DNA of 64,000 bases, from the NCBI GenBank assembly GCA_000092065.1, contig CP000581.1. One strand, written 5' to 3'. Source of the stretch: Ostreococcus lucimarinus. Lineage: Eukaryota. The stretch's first letter is position 1, and every line of letters starts with the position of its first letter. Positions 47,709-56,310 of this stretch are shown piece after piece. The position numbers and the translations under genes were made by a program. The notes beneath the pieces are model-generated. The model had not been told where the DNA came from. It saw only the letters and a list, made by a program, of their open reading frames with translations, and searched no databases.

Positions 47709-50030
47709 CTACTTTTTATACTCGTATTCGATGCGCAAACGCCGCTCCGTTCCCTCACCGACGGCGCTATGACTTAGCATGTACGTGTCCACCAACGCCT
47801 GTTGCATTTCGATGATGCGTCCCGATCGAGGCAATAGCTCGACAGGCTCGCGATGGGGAATGACGAGCTGCTCGACGGCCATGCGCACCTCTTCCAGGGC
47901 ATCCGTTTCATCCGCGCTCGACGTAGTCGCTCGCTGTCTATTTTCTTGAGCACCACTTCCTCCGTTAAATCCATCACTTGCACCCGTTATGCCTAACATG
48001 GCTTGCAAAGCGCGAACGAGCTGCGCCGAGTTATCTGCCCGCACGGCGTAAATCGGCATACCTCGCGCTCTAGCCGCGTGTCGTAGCCACGTGGACGTCT
48101 TCACTTGCGATTTTGGCGCAATGACCACGCTCGCGTCTTCAAGAAGGTCAACCAAGCACACTCGATCACCCAAGTCCATGCTCTCCATGACGCGCTCCAG
48201 AGCGTCGCGACTAACTTTGAACGGAAACACTCGAAGAGCGTGCGGAGGGCACGTGTTGTCGTCTTCGTCGTCTTCGACGTCGTTCACGATGACGTCTTCG
48301 CCGCCGAGTTCGAAACGCGTGTTATCCACAAACTGTTGCGTCGTCGACGATGATCGACGTCGCGATGCGCTTGCGATTTCTAAAGCCGCGAGCTCAGAGC
48401 TCGATCGAGGCTGGACTTTTTGCGCCGTCGGTCGAGGCGCCGTCGCGTCGTACGCTAGGATTTCTCCAAGAACGCTCGCCTTTCGGCGACTTGTGTACTC
48501 TGCCTCCGTCGTCACCGTTCCATCTTCGTTCAGAACGCGTAGTTCGGTCATCGGCGACTGCCCCGCGAGTAAAGCGTCGACAGAAGCCGCGACGTCGGTG
48601 TGAACTCTCCAAGTGCCGATGTCGAGCATTTCCACGGCGATGGTAAACGTTGGTGGACCCGCCCTTTCGAGCACACTCTTCTGGACCCCTCGTCTACGTG
48701 CTTCGTCGTCGCCAAGAGTGACGCTCACAACACCACCTATCAAATCACATAACGCCGGGTTCTTCAAAACGTTCTCCAGCGTGTGTCCGTGCGCCGTACC
48801 AATCATCTGCACGCCTCGCTCGCTGATGGTTTGCGCTGCGTCCGCCTCTTGCTGCGTGCCGATTTCATCAACCACCACCGTCTGGGGCGTGTGATTTTCC
48901 ACGGCTTCGATGAGCACGAGATGCTGTTCGCTCGCGTTCGGGACTTGCATTCGACGGGCACCACCTATACCGCGATGGGGAACGTCGCCGTCGCCCCCGA
49001 TTTCATTTGACGTATCAACGATGACGACACGGCGAGAATGCTCATCCGACAGAATGCGAGAAATCTCTCGAATAGCCGTCGTTTTTCCTACACCAGGCCG
49101 TCCGAGAAGTAGTATCGAATTATTAAACGTCGTCACCGACGTTTCGGCGTCCAAAACGTCCCTGATAAGTTCGGCAGAACCCGAGATCGCGCGTCCGACT
49201 CGACACGTCGCGCCGATGACTTTGCCGTAACGATTCTTAATCGCGCTTATTCTGTGCAAAGTCCCGTTGATACCCGCGCGATTATCTCGTCCGACGTCTC
49301 CAACCTTTGTCATCATTCTATTCAAATCTTCGTACGTCACGAGCTCGTCCCCGATTGTGGCATCGCCGTCCGGAAACCGCGCCTTTGGTAGTCTTCCCAA
49401 GTCGAGCACGACTTCGGTGAGCTCGAGCCTTCGCGCGTCTTCCGCCAACGCCCGTCGCACGCGCTCGGGCGCCGCGTCGAGCAATAGCGCAATTTCTTTT
49501 TCGCTCGTCACCGCCGCCAGCGTCGCTCGCTTTCGAGCGGCGAGCACGTCCTCCTTCGTCAACGCCAACGCGCCCGCGCTCGAGGACGTCGACGTCGCGT
49601 CGTCGGCGTCGTCGACGGCGTCGCGCCGCGTCGCGCGCCGAGGGCTGGCGCGGCGCCATCGCGCGCTTCGTCGTCCCTTAGTCCACCCGTCGCACCGCGC
49701 GGACGCGGACGCGGACGTCGACGTCGTCGTCGGCGCCCCCCGCATCGCGCGTCGCCGTGTGTCGCGGCGTCCCGCGCGCGCTCGGACCGCCGGACCGCGG
49801 GCACGAGGCACGACTGACTCGCGCGCGTCACAACGCGCGCGCGCGACGAAGGCGACGCACCGACGCCTCGATCGCGTCGTCGGCGTCGTCGTCGAAGTCG
49901 CCGTCGCCATGGGCTCGCCCGGCGGACGCAGCGCCGTCGTCATCGCGTGCTGGTACACCGCCAACGTCGGCGTGCTGCTGCTGAACAAGTACATCTTATC
50001 CGTGTATGGGTTCCGATTCCCGGTGTTCAT
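47709..50030 (-). CDS. Ycf45-like / SpoIIIAA-family R3H-domain P-loop (AAA) ATPase with an S/T-rich plastid-type presequence. The start is probably the internal Met near 49910 or further downstream.
   Basis: 'LLLGRPGVGKTTAIREISRIL' Walker A, 'VVVDEIGT' Walker B, 'QMIGTAHGHTLENVLKNPAL', and R3H-like 'VTYEDLNRMMTKVGD'. Confidence 0.75.
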   Translation of the reverse strand: MNTGNRNPYTDKMYLFSSSTPTLAVYQHAMTTALRPPGEPMATATSTTTPTTRSRRRCVAFVARARCDARESVVPRARGPAVRARAGRRDTRRRAMRGAPTTTSTSASASARCDGWTKGRRSARWRRASPRRATRRDAVDDADDATSTSSSAGALALTKEDVLAARKRATLAAVTSEKEIALLLDAAPERVRRALAEDARRLELTEVVLDLGRLPKARFPDGDATIGDELVTYEDLNRMMTKVGDVGRDNRAGINGTLHRISAIKNRYGKVIGATCRVGRAISGSAELIRDVLDAETSVTTFNNSILLLGRPGVGKTTAIREISRILSDEHSRRVVIVDTSNEIGGDGDVPHRGIGGARRMQVPNASEQHLVLIEAVENHTPQTVVVDEIGTQQEADAAQTISERGVQMIGTAHGHTLENVLKNPALCDLIGGVVSVTLGDDEARRRGVQKSVLERAGPPTFTIAVEMLDIGTWRVHTDVAASVDALLAGQSPMTELRVLNEDGTVTTEAEYTSRRKASVLGEILAYDATAPRPTAQKVQPRSSSELAALEIASASRRRSSSTTQQFVDNTRFELGGEDVIVNDVEDDEDDNTCPPHALRVFPFKVSRDALERVMESMDLGDRVCLVDLLEDASVVIAPKSQVKTSTWLRHAARARGMPIYAVRADNSAQLVRALQAMLGITGASDGFNGGSGAQENRQRATTSSADETDALEEVRMAVEQLVIPHREPVELLPRSGRIIEMQQALVDTYMLSHSAVGEGTERRLRIEYEYKK

Positions 50031-50907
50031 GACGCTGTGTCACATGTGCATGTGTTCGGTGTTATCCGCGGCGGCGAGAGAGTTTAAGATCGTGCCGAAA
50101 CAGTTCATACGGACGAGGCGACACTACGCCAAGGTGGCGGTGCTGGCGGTGACGTTTGCGCTGTCGGTGCTGGGAGGAAACGTGTCTCTGAGGTACATTC
50201 CAGTGAGCTTCAATCAAGCGTTGGGAGCGACGACACCATTCTTTACGGCTATTTTTGCGTATCTCATGCTGCGTAAGAAGGAAACGACGGCGACGTACAT
50301 GACGCTCATCCCCGTCGTCGGGGGCATAGCCGTGGCGACGTGGGGCGAGCCGAGTTTCAATTTTATTGGGTTCTGCGCGTGCCTCGTCGGGGTGTGCTGT
50401 CGAGCGTTAAAATCGGTGTTACAAGGATGGCTACTGACTCCAGCGGGGGAAAAGGAGGCGGAGAAAATGTCCAACTCGAACGAGAACAAGCTCGACAGTA
50501 TGTCGCTTCTGTACTACATGTCGCCGGTGGCCATCGTGACGCTCGGAATTTGCACTTTCATCATGGAACCAGACGCAATATCGGCATTTTATGACGCGGC
50601 TGAGATGAATCCGCCATTCATTGCCATTCTCTTAGGAAACTGTTTCGTGGCGTATCTCGTCAACCTGACGAATTTTCTCGTCACGGCGCACGTCGGCGCG
50701 CTTTCGCTTCAAGTTCTCGGCAACGCGAAGGGCGTCGTGTGCACTATCGTTAGCATCATGCTCTTCCGTAACCCGGTGACGTTTCGCAGCGTAGCTGGAT
50801 ACACGATTACTATGGTCGGTGTTTGGCTTTACTCGTCGAGCAAGCGGCGTAGCGCCCGTTTGCAGGTCATCGAGAACGCCAACAAAAACTTAGCCTCAAA
50901 GGTGTAG
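49909..50907 (+). CDS. Triose-phosphate-translocator/DMT-family sugar-phosphate or nucleotide-sugar transporter. The track ORF 49267..50907 is N-terminally over-extended and the real start is the Met at about 49909.
   Basis: 10-TM DMT topology. 'GNVSLRYIPVSFNQALGATTPFFTAIFAYLML' is the TPT/KT signature. Confidence 0.75.
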   Translation: MGSPGGRSAVVIACWYTANVGVLLLNKYILSVYGFRFPVFMTLCHMCMCSVLSAAAREFKIVPKQFIRTRRHYAKVAVLAVTFALSVLGGNVSLRYIPVSFNQALGATTPFFTAIFAYLMLRKKETTATYMTLIPVVGGIAVATWGEPSFNFIGFCACLVGVCCRALKSVLQGWLLTPAGEKEAEKMSNSNENKLDSMSLLYYMSPVAIVTLGICTFIMEPDAISAFYDAAEMNPPFIAILLGNCFVAYLVNLTNFLVTAHVGALSLQVLGNAKGVVCTIVSIMLFRNPVTFRSVAGYTITMVGVWLYSSSKRRSARLQVIENANKNLASKV

Positions 50908-50992
50908 CGCGATGATTCTCTTCCTGTTACTCGTTCTTTGCGTGTCGTTTCACTTGTATTTCGGTCTTCTAAAGGCGCGAGTCTAAATACTC

Positions 50993-51262
50993 GATTCTAA
51001 AGGCGCGAGTAATCTAAGCTTTCGTCGTCTGAAGACGCTTCGAACTCGCGTTCGTACGCGCGTGAGCCGTTTCCGTAAGCGCGCGGCGCTTCGTCGGACT
51101 CCTCATCGCTCGAGCCATGCCGCGACGATCCAGCCGATGTCGCCATCTTCATACGCGCTGTAGCGCTTTCCACTCGCGACCGCTGACTATGCACTCGCGC
51201 AACACACGACCTCGCGTCGGCGTCGGCGTCGAGCTCGTCGCGCGAATCATCTCGAGGGTGCC
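50993..51262. repeat. Inverted, near-identical (about 270 bp, one indel seen) copy of the extreme 3' coding end of the voltage-gated channel gene (63723..64000+). It lies in the convergent 3' intergenic spacer between the TPT-like and 2OG/Nudix genes.
   Basis: The reverse complement of 50993..51262 matches 63727..64000 block by block. The track ORFs 50997..51194(-) and 51117..51302(+) duplicate the channel C-terminus and its antisense 63688..63888(-). Confidence 0.8.
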
Positions 51263-51281
51263 ATCATCGTCTTCTACACGC

Positions 51282-53426
51282 TTACACGCTTCTACCTTCT
51301 AGACGTTCTAGACGTGCGAGAACGCGCGCGGTGGACGAACGATTGAATGAGCTGTGTCGAAACTCGACTTCGTGTACGGCATGGTCGGTGAGCTCGCCTT
51401 CGTCGCCTGAGAAATCGAAATGCCCAATGACGAGCGATTCGTCGACACCGTCGTGTTTCGAAAAGCGTCCCAACACGATGGGATACCATATCGCGTCGTC
51501 CTCAGGCATATCTGCATACGGTATTTCTTGTTGTTGAAACCACGTCGGAATGATGTCAGCTGACGCGCGCGCGTGAGTTGGAAACAACTTCGCGACGCTC
51601 GTGCCGTCGCGAAACGCGCACACAAATTCGTGCTCGACGGCGAGACCACCATCTGGCATCCAACCGCGAAATACGAAGCGCGCGGCTTCAAAAAGATCTT
51701 TCGGATCGTTCAAAGCATCGCACGCCAAGGGGTTGAGACCTGCTTCCTCTAGTGCGACGGACCGAGCGACGTCCAGTGGGACTAAATCCTTCTCGCTGTC
51801 GACTTCGGCGATGAAGCCGGTGTAGCGGCCGGCGAATTCGCCGCGCGTGTGCTTCCCCAGCAGGATGCGACCGTTGGCGACGTCCAAAACGAGAAGCTGA
51901 GCAAAACGCTTTGGCGGTCTCGTAAGCTCTGATTTCGGGTACACCTGCTTGTCGATCATATCGGCGAGGTTGTCGCTGGCGCGAGTGACGTTTTGTCCGA
52001 CGTGATCGCCTTGTGTCCGCGGTTCGTACGCTGCATTCAACGGACGATGCGGAGTGACAAACTGTGGAAGTGGCGCAATGACGGCGTCGTCGTTGAGACC
52101 GTTGAATCTCACGAGCGATAATCGATCTCGTCCATCGCGAGATGGTCGAACGCGATGCGGCGTCGCGCGTACGACTCCGTTTGTAAAAATCTCGAAAGCG
52201 TCCGACAGAATGCACGTAAAAATGGCCTCATTCTCGTACGCCGGCGCCGAGCGCCACGCACCATCTCGCCCTTGGAGCTCTAATCCTTCGCACGTCTGAT
52301 GAAGAAGTGTGAAGAATTCAAAGTCTGTGTGCTCCGAGATACCAACTATTTCCACTTTCGACGCGGCGATTCGTTCGCTGCGTCGCGTAGTCGAGTCCTC
52401 CTCGTTCGCTTCGTCATCCACTTTCATCGATGGATATCGCATTGCGCGCATGCTGCAGTGTGACGTATTGCCAAATTTCTTTACCCAGACGTCTTCGTCG
52501 TCGACGTGAAGCGCCTTCGCAAAGCATCGATACAGCGTCCTCGCCGCGCCATCGCACGCGCTGTAAAAACTGCAAAACGCACTTTGCATCGCGGGCACCT
52601 CCACCGGCCAATCCATAGGTCCAAGTCCTCGTGCCGCGTCGTCACCTCGTTCGTCTCGCACTTGCTCAATCTCACATGAGCTCAACTCTCGAACGACATC
52701 AAACGACTCGACGAGCGCGGCTGTTTTCTTTTGGTAAGAGTACTCTTCCAGCAGGGGCACGAAACCACCGCTCTCGTTCGCGTATTGCGAGTGTACGTAC
52801 AGCGCCTTCACGTCTTCTGGCAGCGAGAAGAACGTTCGGGCGATGTCGTACGTGCGCGCGACGTCGAACGGCGCGACGCGCGACGTTGACGCCTCGCCGA
52901 CGTCTCGAGCGTCGAGCTCGAAGTAACCGACACGCTCGCTCGACGTCAGCGCTTCACCCAGACGCGCGATTTCGACGTCGTCGCCGTCCGCGAGCTTGAT
53001 GAGAGATACTCGCGGCACGCTGTCGCTCGCGTGCATGACGCGACGAGCGATCGAACGAGGAGAGTCGTCGCTCACGTCGTCGTGTGACGCGCCGATGCAC
53101 GAAAAACTCCTCACACGACGACGTGGGCGACGACGAATCGAACGACGACGAATCGCGAGCAAGATGACGAACGCGACGAGCGAGCGAGTTATTGGCGTCG
53201 CCCACGACGTGCTGCCACAACGAGCGAAGAAGAAACCGCGACGAGACACAGCGATGACGGAGAGGACGGCTTCGACTTCTTCGGCGGCTGAGGCCGACCC
53301 GACGCCGCTGACGACGGACGATGAGGACGTTCGACGGGGATTCGAAAGCACGGACGCGCGCGTCGTGCGATACGCGCCAGAACACGATGACTTTCGAGCG
53401 CGCGAGGACGAAGACGAAGACGACAT
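51282..53426 (-). CDS. Fusion protein: N-terminal 2-oxoglutarate/Fe(II)-dependent oxygenase (DIOX_N plus 2OG-FeII_Oxy) and C-terminal NUDIX hydrolase domain. The likely true start is near 53066 (MHASDSVPRVSLIKL...).
   Basis: 'HTDFEFFTLLHQ...RATPHRV' (HxD...H facial triad, RxS). Nudix box 'GKHTRGEFAGRYTGFIAEVDSEKDLVPLDVARSVALEEAGL' (Gx5Ex7REVxEExG). Confidence 0.7.
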   Translation of the reverse strand: MSSSSSSSRARKSSCSGAYRTTRASVLSNPRRTSSSSVVSGVGSASAAEEVEAVLSVIAVSRRGFFFARCGSTSWATPITRSLVAFVILLAIRRRSIRRRPRRRVRSFSCIGASHDDVSDDSPRSIARRVMHASDSVPRVSLIKLADGDDVEIARLGEALTSSERVGYFELDARDVGEASTSRVAPFDVARTYDIARTFFSLPEDVKALYVHSQYANESGGFVPLLEEYSYQKKTAALVESFDVVRELSSCEIEQVRDERGDDAARGLGPMDWPVEVPAMQSAFCSFYSACDGAARTLYRCFAKALHVDDEDVWVKKFGNTSHCSMRAMRYPSMKVDDEANEEDSTTRRSERIAASKVEIVGISEHTDFEFFTLLHQTCEGLELQGRDGAWRSAPAYENEAIFTCILSDAFEIFTNGVVRATPHRVRPSRDGRDRLSLVRFNGLNDDAVIAPLPQFVTPHRPLNAAYEPRTQGDHVGQNVTRASDNLADMIDKQVYPKSELTRPPKRFAQLLVLDVANGRILLGKHTRGEFAGRYTGFIAEVDSEKDLVPLDVARSVALEEAGLNPLACDALNDPKDLFEAARFVFRGWMPDGGLAVEHEFVCAFRDGTSVAKLFPTHARASADIIPTWFQQQEIPYADMPEDDAIWYPIVLGRFSKHDGVDESLVIGHFDFSGDEGELTDHAVHEVEFRHSSFNRSSTARVLARLERLEGRSV

Positions 53427-53904
53427 GCGAGCGCGAAGAGGAGTGCAATACGCTTATAAAGACCACACGGCTGACATTCAGATACACGCCTGGGGATGCG
53501 ATCTCGCTGAAGCCTACGCCTGGGCCGCGCTGGCGATGTTTGATTACATGACCCCGCTGGAGGACTGCGCTCGAGTGCGGACGACGCGATTCAAGGAAAT
53601 ACGCGCGAGCGGGCATGATTTAGACACCTTGCTCTTCGCATTTCTCGACGAGCTTTTGTTCACGTTTCACACAGAGATGCTCATATGCACGGCGGTGCAA
53701 GTTTGCGAGTTCAATCGAGACGAATGGAGTATTCGAGCAGTTGTGGGCGGGACGACGTTCGTCGACGGTGAGACGCGTCAAGGCACGGAGATTAAAGCCA
53801 TCACATACAGCGCGATGAAAATCATAGAACGAGGCGAGATTAGCAAAGACGATGAAAGCACCGGAGTACATCGCGCAGAGTTGTTCGTCATCGTTGACAT
53901 TTAG
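53425..53904 (+). CDS. Archease (RtcB tRNA-ligase cofactor). The track ORF starts at 52996, but the protein almost certainly starts at the Met near 53425 (MRARRGVQYAYKDHTAD...).
   Basis: 'YAYKDHTADIQIHAWG', 'LLFAFLDELLFTF', and the C-terminal 'GTEIKAITYSAMKI...ELFVIVDI' match the archease family end-to-end. Confidence 0.85.
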   Translation: MRARRGVQYAYKDHTADIQIHAWGCDLAEAYAWAALAMFDYMTPLEDCARVRTTRFKEIRASGHDLDTLLFAFLDELLFTFHTEMLICTAVQVCEFNRDEWSIRAVVGGTTFVDGETRQGTEIKAITYSAMKIIERGEISKDDESTGVHRAELFVIVDI

Positions 53905-53947
53905 AACGCACACACGTCGTAGTTTAGCAGCATCTATAATACAATTC

Positions 53948-55426
53948 TCAACCGAGCCACTCTTCGATGGTCGCCTTCGGTTCGCTGAAGACTAAATCAT
54001 CTTTAGTCAGCGGTAAAGACTCTTCCACGAGCTGCACAAGCTGTCTTCGCAGAGCCATCGTTAGCGCTGGCTGCCGAATCGAAGCGTTGAGCTCGACAAA
54101 CTGCCCGAGCGAACGTTGCTTCAAGTTGCAGCTCCCCAACATCCCGAAATCCGCCACGGATTCGTCCTCGCTCTCCGCGTACAACACCTTGGCGTGCAGC
54201 ATGTCGTCTATGAGAAATATTTTCAAGTTGTTCGAGTCACCGCTTCGCCGCGACGCGTTCACGTCGACCAGTCGTTTGAGCGCCTTGCGATTTGCGTCGT
54301 GATACACGTTCGGCGTTCGAGGGACGATGAGCGTGAGTGACGCGTCGCGTCGCCTCAACATTTCGGCGAGCATATCCGCTCCCATGGAATCAATGTAGGC
54401 CATCGCGACGGAATATTTCGAGTACCTGGTGTCTCGAAGTAACTGCTTCATCGCTTGCTTCACCTCGAAACGCCCGGGAAAGGTCATATATCTAGGGAAA
54501 GTCCAGGCGATTGGAGACCAGCCCGTCGGTAGATTACTCGCAAAAACGATATCTGCGTCGTCGTTCGACGTAATTGTGCGCTCGAAGCTTCCCAATGCAT
54601 ACCGCATGGCGTCCACAGCCGCTCGACCATCCGCTCTAATGGCGAAATCGCGCCAATTTGTAAATCTATCGCCGACGTTGACGCCGCCGAATATAACCGA
54701 CGGCAATCCGGTGCCGTGTTTTCGCTCGACAATCATGAACTTTGCGTGCGTCGCTTGCGAAACCGGTGTGAACGAAAAATGCTCCGCCCCGAGTTCTTCT
54801 TGTAGCGCTTCTAACTCTGCCGTTAACGTCGTCGTCCCTTCGCACCATCGCGTGAACTTGCTCACAACGGAACCGTCCACAGAGCACTTCACGCGCACGC
54901 CTCGCTTGACCGCTCTCTTCATCGCCGCGACGACTTTGTCGCTCGATTTCCCGCGCTCGAACACGTACACGCTGAACTCTACGCTATCGCCCTTACTCGT
55001 CGTTCCAAGTTCACGACACAACGCCTCGACGACGTCGACATACGACGTGAGTAACCGCAGCGGTCTCGCCTTGACCACGCGGGCGCCTTCGTCGAACGAC
55101 CCCGACGACGAGACGTCGTCGTCGAACGAGCGCGATGCCGATCGCGAGCCTGCAAACGAACGACTTCCGACGCGATGGTTTTCTACCGTCGGCGGCGCGC
55201 GGCCGCGCTGCGACGTCTCCGCCGCGTGCGCTCGCACACGATGCCGCGTTGCCGCGTCGCCCCGTCTTCGCGACGCGCGCGTCGACGCGCGCGACCTCGG
55301 ACGTGCGCGAGGCACGATACTCGCGGCGATGCGCGCCGACATCGACGACGCGCACCGCTCGCGCCTCGCGCCTCGCTCTCGGCGGCACGAACGACGCGAC
55401 GCGTTTTGGCGTAACCAACCAACCAA
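53948..55426 (-). CDS. Phospholipase-D-superfamily enzyme with two HKD motifs (cardiolipin/phosphatidylglycerophosphate-synthase-like). Arg-rich presequence.
   Basis: HKD-1 'HAKFMIVERKHG...GGVNVGDRF'. HKD-2 'HAKVLYAESEDESVADFGMLGSCNLKQRS'. Confidence 0.8.
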   Translation of the reverse strand: MVGWLRQNASRRSCRRERGARRERCASSMSARIAASIVPRARPRSRASTRASRRRGDAATRHRVRAHAAETSQRGRAPPTVENHRVGSRSFAGSRSASRSFDDDVSSSGSFDEGARVVKARPLRLLTSYVDVVEALCRELGTTSKGDSVEFSVYVFERGKSSDKVVAAMKRAVKRGVRVKCSVDGSVVSKFTRWCEGTTTLTAELEALQEELGAEHFSFTPVSQATHAKFMIVERKHGTGLPSVIFGGVNVGDRFTNWRDFAIRADGRAAVDAMRYALGSFERTITSNDDADIVFASNLPTGWSPIAWTFPRYMTFPGRFEVKQAMKQLLRDTRYSKYSVAMAYIDSMGADMLAEMLRRRDASLTLIVPRTPNVYHDANRKALKRLVDVNASRRSGDSNNLKIFLIDDMLHAKVLYAESEDESVADFGMLGSCNLKQRSLGQFVELNASIRQPALTMALRRQLVQLVEESLPLTKDDLVFSEPKATIEEWLG

Positions 55427-55597
55427 AGATACGCTCGCGCGCGCGGGAATTTCAGCGCTTTATTTTGTTGCAGAGGTGAGGTTGGGCGGTGCGGATATCA
55501 TATCGTACGGCGGTGACGATATCGTGCGATAAGAAATGCGAGATGACATCTACGTCTCATAGAATACAAAGAAAGAATCATGCGCTGCTAAAATCGA

Positions 55598-56230
55598 CTA
55601 CGCCGCCGTGCCGTCGGCCAAACTCTGGCGGAGGTTTCGTAAGATCCTCCGCGACGCTCCGGCGAGCTCGCCCGGGATTTCGTTTTCGGCGTCCTCTTTC
55701 GCAACGCCCGCGTTCGCGAGTGCATTCCTTCCCTTTAACTGTAAAACTCCACCCTCCCTATCGTTTTCACCGAGACTTAGGCTCGTGAGATTGTACGCCT
55801 CGTCGAACGCCTTGGCCTCGGCGGCGCCTCCTTCGTGTTTCGTCAGCGCGGTCCGGAGACCGATCACGGACGCGCGCAAAAGGCGGTTCTCCACCTCGAG
55901 CGCGGCGTTGGATTCGCTCAAATCTATGATCACCTTATCCCGCACCTCCTCCGTCCTCGTCGCACCGCGCGCACCGATTTCACCTTTTATTCCCTGTCCA
56001 TCGCGGCCACCGTTCGCGCGCTGATTCCTTCGCGTCTTGGCGGGCGTGAAGTCGTTCGCGGTGAGCAAGAGAAAGAAAAACACGAAGAACATGATGTACC
56101 CACGCTGCGCGTTCGCCGCACGCGGGTCCGTCATCACCGTCATAGCGACGGAACGCGAGCAGCTCCACTCAATGTCGATCGACTGGCACTCTTCGCCCCT
56201 TCTCACTCGCCCACGCGGGCGACGACGCAT
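55598..56230 (-). CDS. Possible type-II membrane protein with a coiled-coil. The real start is probably an internal Met (MTVMTDPRAANAQRGYIMFFVFFFLLLTAN...).
   Basis: Hydrophobic anchor 'IMFFVFFFLLLTA' followed by heptad-like 'AALEVENRLLRASVIGLRTAL'. Weak. Confidence 0.3.
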   Translation of the reverse strand: MRRRPRGRVRRGEECQSIDIEWSCSRSVAMTVMTDPRAANAQRGYIMFFVFFFLLLTANDFTPAKTRRNQRANGGRDGQGIKGEIGARGATRTEEVRDKVIIDLSESNAALEVENRLLRASVIGLRTALTKHEGGAAEAKAFDEAYNLTSLSLGENDREGGVLQLKGRNALANAGVAKEDAENEIPGELAGASRRILRNLRQSLADGTAA

Positions 56231-56310
56231 TCGCGCTTTCTGACTCAGTAAGCCACACGCTGCATGTTGTCGTTGCGTGCGTTTAATAATACTACAGGAC
56301 TAAGGTATAT

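Noticed and set aside
22851-55426. Possible lipid-metabolism gene cluster (class-3 lipase, type-II thioesterase, FatA thioesterase, PLD-like, INSIG-like)
   Set aside because: The genes are dispersed over more than 30 kb and interleaved with unrelated housekeeping genes on both strands. Operon-like clustering is not expected in eukaryotes, so this is likely coincidence.
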